Positions 55,977 through 64,000 of a stretch of DNA of 64,000 bases are shown one piece after another; positions within the stretch are counted from its first letter, which is position 1; each line of letters begins with the position of its first letter. The notes below the pieces were generated by a model. It made no database searches, had not been told where the DNA came from, and saw nothing but the letters and a program-made list of their open reading frames with translations. The translations under genes and the position numbers were made by a program. The stretch is taken from the NCBI GenBank assembly GCA_026417415.1, contig JAOADG010000008.1, forward strand, positions 449,349-513,348, written 5' to 3'. Origin of the DNA: a bacterium (GTDB lineage: Bacteria > Electryoneota > JAOADG01).

Positions 55977-56972
55977 TCAAGAGACACGAAAACTTTGTAG
56001 TACTTTCATGTAATTTGCTCTTTCAAAAGCAGAAGGATCAGCCACATTCTGATGACTCATAGATCCTTTTAATTGTTTAATAGAACTATACTCATGTTCT
56101 CCTAACCATATGGATAATTGATTGATAGTATTTTGAATATGATTTACTCCATGCAATAAAATTGCACTTACCATTTGAATTGCGTCTGCCCCTGCCATTA
56201 ATAATTTTATTGCATCTAAATGCGTGTGGCAACCACCCGTTGCTGAAAGATCTGCACTGATTTTACCAAATAAGATCGCAATCCAACGCAAAGAGAGACG
56301 AAGTTCATCACTGTTTGATAAATGCAAATTGGGAATGACTTCCAATTTCTCTAAATCAAAATCCGGCTGATAAAACCGATTAAATAAGACCAACCCATCA
56401 ATACCATTTTGAGATAATGTTTTTGCAATCGCAGCAGGACTACTTAAAAAAGGTGAAAGTTTCACTGCCACGGGAATTTTCACTGATTTTTTTACAGATG
56501 AAGAAATATCTAAATAGTGTTTTTCAACATCAATTCCTTGAATATTTGGATCAGTTGCTAAGTAGTATACATTTAACTCGATTGCATCTGCACCTGCTTT
56601 TTCCATTTCTTTTGCAATTTTGATCCAACCACTATCTGTAAATCCATTTAAACTTGCAATGATGGGAATTTCCACTGAAGTTTTTGCTTTCTGAATTAAA
56701 GTAAGATATTCATCGGGTCCTACTTTGAAATCTGAAGGTTGTGGAAAATAACTTAATGCTTCTGCATAAGAATCTGCTTGAATAGTTGTATAATAATGTA
56801 TTGCCAATGCTTCATGGGTTAACTGTTCTTCAAATAAGCTTGGTAATACAACTGCTGATGCACCACCATCCTCTAAGGATCGAATACCATCAACTGTGGC
56901 TGCAATGGGGTTAGCACCTGCAATCAAAGGGTGTTTTAATTTCAAACCGAGATAAGTGGTTGATAAATCCAT
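55977..56972 (-). CDS. Dihydroorotate-dehydrogenase-like (class 1 PyrD-like) TIM-barrel flavoprotein, encoded next to PFOR.
   Basis: 'GLKLKHPLIAGANPIAATVDGIRSLEDGGASAVVL' and a downstream Gly-rich FMN-binding region 'LSATGGCHTHLDAIKLLMAGADAIQM'. Confidence 0.55.
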   Translation of the reverse strand: MDLSTTYLGLKLKHPLIAGANPIAATVDGIRSLEDGGASAVVLPSLFEEQLTHEALAIHYYTTIQADSYAEALSYFPQPSDFKVGPDEYLTLIQKAKTSVEIPIIASLNGFTDSGWIKIAKEMEKAGADAIELNVYYLATDPNIQGIDVEKHYLDISSSVKKSVKIPVAVKLSPFLSSPAAIAKTLSQNGIDGLVLFNRFYQPDFDLEKLEVIPNLHLSNSDELRLSLRWIAILFGKISADLSATGGCHTHLDAIKLLMAGADAIQMVSAILLHGVNHIQNTINQLSIWLGEHEYSSIKQLKGSMSHQNVADPSAFERANYMKVLQSFRVS

Positions 56973-56990
56973 TGATATTCCTTTCTCTCT

Positions 56991-59900
56991 CTAATTCGCT
57001 TGAGTTCGTTTGTAAGGCATATTGGCTAAATATTCTAAATAGTACCATTTAGCTTCAACGCTTTCTTGTGCCAACTCAATCAATTTTTTAGCATTTTGTG
57101 GATTACTTTTCATCAACATATTGAAACGTGTTTGTGCATAAGCGTATTCCGAAATTTTTAGTTTTGGAGGCTTAGAATCCAACTTCAAAGGATTTTCACC
57201 TTTCAAAACAAGTTGGGGATTGAACCGATACAAAGGCCAAGCACCAGAAAGTACAGCACGTTCTTGATGTTCCATTCCTTTTGCCATGTCTATTCCGTGT
57301 GCAATACAATGCGAATAAGCAATGATTAGGGATGGTCCATCGTAAGCATCGGCTTCTAAAAATGCACGAATGGTTTGACCATCGTTTGCACCCATTGCAA
57401 CTTGTGCAACATACACATGACCATACGTCATTGCAATCAACCCCAAATCCTTCTTAGCAATTGGTTTTCCACCAGCAGCAAATTTTGCAACTGCACCTAT
57501 AGGCGTAGCTTTTGAACATTGGCCACCAGTATTTGAATAAACCTCTGTATCTAAAACCAAAATGTTGACATTTTTATTGCTAGCAATTACATGATCTAAA
57601 CCACCATATCCAATGTCATATGCCCAACCATCACCTCCAACAATCCAAACGGAGCGTTTAACCAAATGATCACAAATTGTTTCTAAGTCACGTGCGATAG
57701 GGCTTTCAATCATTTTAAGTTTATTTTTCAATGCGGATATACGTTCGCGTTGTGCATAAATGCCTGCTTCGTCAGATTGATCTGCATTCAATAGTTCCTC
57801 AATAAAATCATCACCCAATTCTGAAGCCAATGCTTTTAATTGGTGCGTAGCAATTTCTCGATATTTATCAAAAGTCAACCGAAATCCAAAACCAAATTCT
57901 GCCGTATCTTCAAACAAACTGTTTGACCAAGCTGGACCACGACCATGTTCATCTTTGGTAAAGGGAGTGGTAGGTAAATTCCCACAGTAGATTGAAGAGC
58001 AGCCGGTAGCATTTGCTATGACCGCACGATCACCGTACAATTGTGTCATTAATTTATAGTAAGGAGTTTCACCACATCCTGCACAGGCACCACTGAATTC
58101 GAATAGCGGTCTTAAAAATTGACTTCCTTTGACTGTATTGATTTTTACATTACGACGATCCAGATCGGGTAATGACATAAAGAAATTCCAATTTTCTCGC
58201 TCTGTCTCGCGTAAAGGAAATTGTGGTGCCATATTGATGGCTTTGAGTGCAGTATTGGATTTATTTTTAACAGGACAGTATGCAACGCATAATGCACAGC
58301 CCGTACAATCTTCAACTGCAACCTGCAAAGTATATTTCATTCCTTTGTATTCAGCACCACGATAATCAGCAGATTTAAATGTTTTTGGGGCTCGTTCAAG
58401 ATATTTTGGGTCATACACTTTTTGTCGAATAGTGGCATGTGGGCAAGCCAACACACATTTGCCACATTGACTACACAATTCCGCATCCCAAACAGGAACT
58501 TCTAATGCGATATTGCGTTTTTCCCATTGAGCAGTACCTGTATCAAAGGTCCCATCTACTGGCATTTGGCTGACTTTTATTTCATCGCCACGATTTAAAA
58601 TCATTAAAGCAGTAACTTCACGAACGTACTCAGGTGCACCGGGAGCAACTGCAGGACGACGTTCAATTTTCGAGGTCACTTGAGAAGGAATGGGAACTTC
58701 AAATAGATTTTCTAAAGTTTTATCCACTGCAGCGAAGTTTTGTTGAACTACTGCATCACCTCTTGCTGCCCATGTTTTTTTAATAGAATCTTTGATTTTT
58801 TGAATGGCTTCTTCTTTGGGTAAAATTCCAGAAATCGCAAAGAAACAGGTCTGCATAATGGTATTGATGCGAACTCCCATTTTTGTCAATTTTGCAACGT
58901 TATAAGCATCAATAATGTAAAATTTACATTGCTTTTCTATGAGTTGTTCCTGAACGACCCGAGGTAATGTATCCCAAACTTCATTTGGTTTTGCTTGAGT
59001 ATTAAGTAAGAAAACTGCACCTGGTTTAGCATATTTCAGAATATCGTGGGTCTCTAAAAAGACGGTCTGGTGACATCCCACGAAATCTGCTTGGCTGATT
59101 AAGTATGCACTTCGGATCTTGCGTGGACCAAAACGTAAATGGCTGGTTGTAATAGAACCACTTTTCTTTGAATCGTAAACAAAATATCCCTGTGCGAAGT
59201 TTTCTGTCTCTTCACCAATAATTTTGATGCTATTTTTATTAGCACTTACTGTTCCATCTGATCCGAGACCAAAAAAGACACCACGAAATACATCACTTGA
59301 TTCGGTATTAAAATTAGGATCATATGTTAAACTTGTGAAAGATACATCATCGTGGATGCCGACGGTAAAATGATTCTTAGGTTTTGATTGTTTTAAGTTG
59401 TCAAAAATAGCTTTCACCATAGCTGGAGTGAATTCTTTACTAGACAAACCATACCGTCCACCAACAACTTTTGGTGATTGTTGAAATTGTTTCCAACCTT
59501 CATAACTATTTTCAGTTAAAGCGGTCAAGACATCTTGGTACATCGGTTCACCTGCACTACCGGGTTCTTTTGTACGATCCATAACTGCGATCGCTTTGAT
59601 GGTAGCAGGTAAAGATTGAACAAAAAATTCCGATGCGAATGGACGGTAAAGTCGAACTTTGATTACACCAACTTTTTCACCCCTATCAATTAAATAGTCA
59701 ACAGTTTCATGTACTGTTTCCGCACCACTTGCCATAATCACGATTACGTATTCTGCTTCAGGATGGCCCACATATTCATAAAGATGGTACTGACGACCTG
59801 TGTATCCAGCAAATTCATTCATGACTTCTTGTACAATAACAGGACATTTTTGATAAAATGGATTAACAGTTTCACGTCCCTGAAAATACACATCTGGATT

Positions 59901-60560
59901 TTGTGCAGATCCGCGTAATACAGGTTTTTCTGGGTTTAGTGCACGTTCACGATGTGCTTGAATGAGTTTTGGATCCAACATTTGAAGCATTACTTCATCT
60001 GGAATCACTTCAATTTTATTAACTTCGTGGCTTGTTCTAAATCCATCAAAAAAGTGTAAAAATGGAACACGAGAACGTAAGGTGGCTTTTTGTGCAATGA
60101 GTGCAAAATCCATTACTTCTTGAACAGAACCAGATGCCATCATTGCCCATCCAGTCGTTCTACATGTGTTGATGTCGCTGTGATCCCCAAAGATTGAAAG
60201 AGCTTGACAAGCGACTGCTCTTGCACTTACATGGAAAACAGTTGAAGTTAATTCTCCTGCAATTTTGAACATATTCGGGATCATTAGTAATAGGCCTTGA
60301 CTGGCAGTGAAAGTAGTCGCTAGTGATCCTGTTTGTAAGGCCCCGTGAATCGTACCAGCAGCTCCTGCCTCTGATTGCATTTCTACAACTGTTGGGGTAA
60401 TACCCCAAATATTTTTTTTGCCTTCTGCTGCCCATTGGTCAGCCCATTCGCCCATATTTGAGGAGGGTGTTATCGGATAAATTGAACAAACTTCATTGGT
60501 ACGAAATGCAACGTATGCTGCGGCTTCGTTTCCATCAATAGTGATAAATTGTTTTGACAT
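56991..60560 (-). CDS. nifJ: Pyruvate:ferredoxin (flavodoxin) oxidoreductase, single-polypeptide form.
   Basis: 'MSKQFITIDGNEAAAYVAFRTNEVCSIYPITPSS'. Two 4Fe-4S motifs 'CSQCGKCVLACP' and 'CTGCALCVAYCP'. TPP-binding segment 'GGDGWAYDIGYGGLDH'. Start at 'MSKQF' with SD GGAGAA; the track ORF extends 9 codons further upstream. Confidence 0.92.
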   Translation of the reverse strand: MSKQFITIDGNEAAAYVAFRTNEVCSIYPITPSSNMGEWADQWAAEGKKNIWGITPTVVEMQSEAGAAGTIHGALQTGSLATTFTASQGLLLMIPNMFKIAGELTSTVFHVSARAVACQALSIFGDHSDINTCRTTGWAMMASGSVQEVMDFALIAQKATLRSRVPFLHFFDGFRTSHEVNKIEVIPDEVMLQMLDPKLIQAHRERALNPEKPVLRGSAQNPDVYFQGRETVNPFYQKCPVIVQEVMNEFAGYTGRQYHLYEYVGHPEAEYVIVIMASGAETVHETVDYLIDRGEKVGVIKVRLYRPFASEFFVQSLPATIKAIAVMDRTKEPGSAGEPMYQDVLTALTENSYEGWKQFQQSPKVVGGRYGLSSKEFTPAMVKAIFDNLKQSKPKNHFTVGIHDDVSFTSLTYDPNFNTESSDVFRGVFFGLGSDGTVSANKNSIKIIGEETENFAQGYFVYDSKKSGSITTSHLRFGPRKIRSAYLISQADFVGCHQTVFLETHDILKYAKPGAVFLLNTQAKPNEVWDTLPRVVQEQLIEKQCKFYIIDAYNVAKLTKMGVRINTIMQTCFFAISGILPKEEAIQKIKDSIKKTWAARGDAVVQQNFAAVDKTLENLFEVPIPSQVTSKIERRPAVAPGAPEYVREVTALMILNRGDEIKVSQMPVDGTFDTGTAQWEKRNIALEVPVWDAELCSQCGKCVLACPHATIRQKVYDPKYLERAPKTFKSADYRGAEYKGMKYTLQVAVEDCTGCALCVAYCPVKNKSNTALKAINMAPQFPLRETERENWNFFMSLPDLDRRNVKINTVKGSQFLRPLFEFSGACAGCGETPYYKLMTQLYGDRAVIANATGCSSIYCGNLPTTPFTKDEHGRGPAWSNSLFEDTAEFGFGFRLTFDKYREIATHQLKALASELGDDFIEELLNADQSDEAGIYAQRERISALKNKLKMIESPIARDLETICDHLVKRSVWIVGGDGWAYDIGYGGLDHVIASNKNVNILVLDTEVYSNTGGQCSKATPIGAVAKFAAGGKPIAKKDLGLIAMTYGHVYVAQVAMGANDGQTIRAFLEADAYDGPSLIIAYSHCIAHGIDMAKGMEHQERAVLSGAWPLYRFNPQLVLKGENPLKLDSKPPKLKISEYAYAQTRFNMLMKSNPQNAKKLIELAQESVEAKWYYLEYLANMPYKRTQAN

Positions 60561-60664
60561 TGTATTCTCCATATTGTTCGGATGCAATCGTTAAATTAGT
60601 GATTTATTCCATTCATGATTAGCGATTGAACCTAAAGAGGTTAATGAAGTAAAAAGATTGAACA

Positions 60665-61270
60665 TTACGATGAACGCATATCTTTACGTCCTAAAAGAGA
60701 TTGTGATAAAGATTCCTCATCAGCAAGACGTACATCAGATCCGATTGGAATTCCAAATCCTATACGTGTGACCCGAACCTGCAATGTTTCAAGTACTTTG
60801 TACAGATAAATTGCAGTTGTTTCGCCTTCGGTTGTTGGATTCATTGCTAGAATAACTTCTTGAATGGTTTCGCGTTGTAAGCGATGCAATAGTTCTTTAA
60901 TTCTCAATTGATCGGGTCCAATATCGTCCAAAGGGGATAAACATCCACCCAAAACGTGATAAAGTCCTTTGAAACCGCTATTTTCAAAAGCAAGAACATC
61001 TGCCGGTGTTTCAACTACGCAGATAACCGAACGATCTCGTGTGGACGATTGACAAATAGTGCACGGGTCAATCTCACTCCAACTTCCACAAACACTACAC
61101 AGCGATACTTTCTTTTTGATTTGGAGAATTGCTTCTGCAAGGGCTTGAATTTCTGAATCGGGTTGCTCAAGTAAATGTACAGCTAAGCGCATGGCTGCTT
61201 TTTTACCGATACCCGGTAACTTTGATAAACGTTTCACAACTTCGTCTATTGTTGGTGAAAAAGTTTTTCC
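60665..61270 (-). CDS. recR: Recombination protein RecR.
   Basis: Helix-hairpin-helix 'LSKLPGIGKKAAMRLA', C4 zinc finger 'CSVCGSWSEIDPCTIC', Toprim domain. The start is probably the Met of 'MGKTFSP'. Confidence 0.9.
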   Translation of the reverse strand, partial: GKTFSPTIDEVVKRLSKLPGIGKKAAMRLAVHLLEQPDSEIQALAEAILQIKKKVSLCSVCGSWSEIDPCTICQSSTRDRSVICVVETPADVLAFENSGFKGLYHVLGGCLSPLDDIGPDQLRIKELLHRLQRETIQEVILAMNPTTEGETTAIYLYKVLETLQVRVTRIGFGIPIGSDVRLADEESLSQSLLGRKDMRSS

Positions 61271-61559
61271 CATTCTAAGTAAGCCCAAATATTAGTAGGT
61301 AAATGGAATATTGTGATTTGGGATGGTGTTGTAGGAAGAGGTTTGTCTCCGCTGCAATTTATACAAGTGAAAGTTTACTTAATTTTTTAAATGGTTGCAA
61401 ACTCGTTTGATAGTAAAATCATTATTAATTTAGTATAAGAAATAGATTTAATAATAAGAACATAACAAAATTTGTAATCCAAAAGACCATAATTTTGTTA
61501 ATTATTCTAATTAGGAACGAAATTAAATTATCTAATATCAGAATTTATCATAAATTGAA

Positions 61560-62234
61560 TTACTTATTTTCAGAAACGTTACTAAATTTATTTTTTAATT
61601 CTTGATTTAGAACGTCTAAGAAAGTGTTAAAAGAAAAATATTTCTTAGAGTATTTTTCTAACATTTTTTCTAAATTGCTTCCCTTCAAGGCATATACTTG
61701 TTCACAACGTTTTGCAATACAGTAATCTGTGATGCCATCACCAATAAAAGTAACGTAGTACCCCTTTTCATAATATTCTAAGAATGGAACACATTTGCAT
61801 AAACTATGTTCACAATCTGGCAAAGGTGTAATTGAATTGTAAAAGGACCAACCTTCATCGCTATCATTTTCTATTAATTCGTTTGCAAATAATTTTACTT
61901 GAAAATTGTATTGATTTAAAAAGGGGATAATAATTTGACGAAAACCTGCTGAAACAACTACAATCTGATAGTTGAATCGTTGACAATATTCATAAAATTC
62001 AAAAAAACCATTGCGGAGTTGTACTTCTTTAAGAATTTCTGAAATGGCTTCACTTATAGGTATTTTTAACGATTTCATCTCTATCGTATAGACATCTTTT
62101 TCTTTCAGTAAACCTTTTTCTACTTCTTGTTCAATTTCTCGCCAATTTTTCATTCCATACCGATCTAAAAGCCACTGAAGCGTATCTTGTACGGTGATTG
62201 TGCCATCAAAATCAATAAGATAAACTTTTTTCAA
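61560..62234 (-). CDS. HAD-superfamily phosphatase (MtnX/PSPase-like).
   Basis: 'VYLIDFDGTIT' is HAD motif I. Cys-rich C-terminus ('CEHSLCKC', 'DYCIAKRCE'). Confidence 0.55.
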   Translation of the reverse strand: MKKVYLIDFDGTITVQDTLQWLLDRYGMKNWREIEQEVEKGLLKEKDVYTIEMKSLKIPISEAISEILKEVQLRNGFFEFYEYCQRFNYQIVVVSAGFRQIIIPFLNQYNFQVKLFANELIENDSDEGWSFYNSITPLPDCEHSLCKCVPFLEYYEKGYYVTFIGDGITDYCIAKRCEQVYALKGSNLEKMLEKYSKKYFSFNTFLDVLNQELKNKFSNVSENK

Positions 62235-62337
62235 TTTTACCCTTTTCCAATTTGAATTCCTCTTTTCATTTGAAAGTTACGATCTCGTATATTACATTGA
62301 AAATGTTCAATAGTGTGAATAAATTGGAATTTGCGAA

Positions 62338-62410
62338 GGGCCTGTAGCTCAGGTGGGAGAGCATCACGTTCGCAACGTGGGGGTCAGCGGTTCGAACCCG
62401 CTCAGGTCCA
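62338..62410 (+). tRNA. tRNA-Ala (anticodon CGC).
   Basis: GGGCCTGTAGCTCAGGTGGGAGAGCATCACGTTCGCAACGTGGGGGTCAGCGGTTCGAACCCGCTCAGGTCCA. G3:U70 alanine identity pair, anticodon loop TTCGCAA. Confidence 0.9.
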
Positions 62411-62415
62411 CAAAA

Positions 62416-62535
62416 GCCGACCCAATGGGTTCGGTCTCGCGCAAGGTGTAAGGGCTTAACCCCGCTAGGCCCGGAAGGGAGCAACGGTCCGCTCAAGAAC
62501 CTGTGCCGTGAGGTGCCGAACCTACTGGGTCGGTC
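62416..62535 (+). ncRNA. ffs: Small SRP RNA (4.5S/ffs).
   Basis: Conserved domain-IV motif 'GGCCCGGAAGGGAGCAACGG'. The closing helix pairs CCGACCCAATGGGTTCGG (62417-62434) with CCGAACCTACTGGGTCGG (62516-62533). It lies directly upstream of dnaX, as in Bacillus. Confidence 0.8.
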
Positions 62536-62551
62536 AATTTGAGGTGCAAGC

Positions 62552-63721
62552 GTGTCCTATATTGTATTAGCAAGAAGATACCGTCCACAAAAATTTTCTG
62601 AAGTCATTGGTCAAGAACACGTTACAGGTACGCTTTCTCGAGCCATTCAACTTAACCGAATTGGACATGCTTACTTGTTTGGTGGTCCAAGAGGAGTTGG
62701 AAAAACGACTGTAGCACGAATTTTAGCCAAAGCGTTAAATTGTACAGAAAGAAAAACTTCAGAACCTTGTAATGAATGTGATAGCTGCATTCAAATTACT
62801 GAAGGGAGAAGTGTAAATGTATTGGAAATTGATGCAGCATCCAATCGTGGAGTAGATGACGTTCGGAGTATTCGTGAAAATGTACGATTGTCAAGTTCTG
62901 CCGGTGCTTATCGAATTGTTATTGTGGACGAAGTCCACATGTTTACTAGAGAAGCGTTTAATGCCTTCTTAAAGACCCTTGAAGAACCTCCAGAGCACGT
63001 TGTCTTTATTTTAGCAACAACAGACGTTCATCAAGTTCCTCCCACAGTTTTATCACGTTGTCAACGTTTTGAATTTCGACGATTGGATGGTATTGAGGTT
63101 GCTAACCATTTGATGAAAATGGCCCGTGAAGAAGGAATTTTATTAGAAACGGGTGCTGCAGCCATCCTTGCTAGAAGAAGTGATGGTTCCCTTAGAGATG
63201 GGATATCTCTTTTAGATCAAATGATTGCCTTTTGTGGACATCAAATTACTGAATTAGATGTAATTACAGCGTTAGGTTTAATTAAATCGGATCGTTTTTT
63301 CGAAATCACTAAAATGATTTTGGATAAAAACGTTGAAGGTACATTTGCTTTCGTAGCTAACTTAATGAACACAGGTGCGGATCTTTCTGATTTTATCCGA
63401 GGATTGATGGAGCACTTTTTAATGTTATTAAGAGTTAATGTGACACATTCAGCAGAACAACTGCCATTGACTCCTGAAGAAAAAAATTGGTTTGAACAAA
63501 CAGCACCGTTATTTCAATCAGAAGATCTGTTACGAATGCTTAAATTGACTTCTGAAACTGAGCTCATTTTACGAGGGAGTTACAATCCAAGATTGCGCAT
63601 TGAATTGCTTTTGCAACGACTGGTTAGAATGGAACAAACCATTGATATCCAAATATTGTTAAAACAGATTGAAGCTCTTGAAACAAAACCTTCAAATGTT
63701 GAGGTAAAAAAAAACCGATAA
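62552..63721 (+). CDS. dnaX: DNA polymerase III subunit gamma/tau, domains I-III. The in-frame product stops after an A9 run; the -1 frame continues to the window end as the tau C-terminal region.
   Basis: GTG start with RBS GAGGTG. 'YRPQKFSEVIGQEHV', Walker A 'GPRGVGKTT', zinc module 'CNECDSC', 'VHQVPPTVLSRCQRF'. The continuation frame 63703..64000 has no stop and reads like DnaX domain IV. Confidence 0.9.
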   Translation: MSYIVLARRYRPQKFSEVIGQEHVTGTLSRAIQLNRIGHAYLFGGPRGVGKTTVARILAKALNCTERKTSEPCNECDSCIQITEGRSVNVLEIDAASNRGVDDVRSIRENVRLSSSAGAYRIVIVDEVHMFTREAFNAFLKTLEEPPEHVVFILATTDVHQVPPTVLSRCQRFEFRRLDGIEVANHLMKMAREEGILLETGAAAILARRSDGSLRDGISLLDQMIAFCGHQITELDVITALGLIKSDRFFEITKMILDKNVEGTFAFVANLMNTGADLSDFIRGLMEHFLMLLRVNVTHSAEQLPLTPEEKNWFEQTAPLFQSEDLLRMLKLTSETELILRGSYNPRLRIELLLQRLVRMEQTIDIQILLKQIEALETKPSNVEVKKNR

Positions 63722-64000
63722 ATTCTGAAACTGAAATCCAACATCCAATCTCACGTACGAAGGAACTCAAACCTCAATTAGAAACAGATAACATTGGTGA
63801 AAAAGGATCTATAGTAAAAGAGCAATCATTACTTGAATTCACACCAGAAAATCTTAACTTAGTAACCCTTAAAAACAATTGGAATTCAATTTGTAATGCA
63901 ATTCGCAAATCTAATGCAGTAATTGGATCTTCTTTGAGTTCAACGACCATTTATGATTGCCAAGACAATACATTAACATTAGAAGTTCTCAATAGTGTCC

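Noticed and set aside
62266-62496. 76-aa minus-strand ORF.
   Set aside because: It lies entirely antisense to tRNA-Ala and the SRP RNA. RNA genes explain the region, so the ORF is spurious.
1-64000. CRISPR arrays, rRNA genes, and transposase, integrase or prophage genes.
   Set aside because: No regularly spaced direct repeats and no IS or integrase-like ORFs were seen. The two tRNAs have no adjacent integrase. The window looks like core chromosome plus secretome genes, not a mobile island.

Overview
This is an AT-rich, gene-dense bacterial chromosomal segment of roughly 52 features. It mixes housekeeping genes with an unusually heavy load of secreted proteins that carry the type IX secretion (T9SS) type-A C-terminal sorting domain (sequence '..YPNPFN..T.I.F.L......VYD..G..V..L......G.....W......SG.YFY.L......', TIGR04183-like).

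Housekeeping genes:
- ftsH (5' partial)
- folate genes folE and folP
- accD
- a cell-wall pair murG-mraY
- two ABC exporters
- glgC
- bcp
- yhhQ
- ltaE
- nifJ/PFOR
- recR
- the cassette tRNA-Ala / SRP RNA / dnaX

Seven ORFs end in the T9SS sorting domain:
- an M14 carboxypeptidase
- an S8 subtilase
- two gingipain-like C25-family proteins of 1682 and 1242 aa
- a 1899-aa parallel beta-helix giant
- a 499-aa protein
- an orphan 169-aa fragment

Most genes have Shine-Dalgarno-like ribosome-binding sites (GGAGG-type). This, together with the T9SS domains, suggests an FCB-group lineage other than classical Bacteroidia; the lineage cannot be fixed from sequence alone.

The most interesting candidates are:
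- a co-directional five-gene envelope operon (22440..30984): a C25-family protein with both catalytic residues, a FadL/PorV-type beta-barrel (a PorU/PorV-like arrangement), a lipoprotein, a short Wza/SLBB-like protein and an outer-membrane protein with a coiled-coil tail
- a dnaX gene whose reading frame stops directly after an A9 run while the -1 frame continues as a tau-like C-terminus
- an inositol monophosphatase fused to a degenerate ADP-ribosylglycohydrolase-like domain
- MurG with a C-terminal HEAT-repeat extension
- a nine-haem c-type cytochrome lipoprotein
- an AAA+ ATPase with an unrecognised N-terminal domain

No CRISPR array, rRNA, transposase or integrase was seen. Two tRNAs and one SRP RNA were found by eye. 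All calls rest on motif recognition in the supplied translations; no database search was run.
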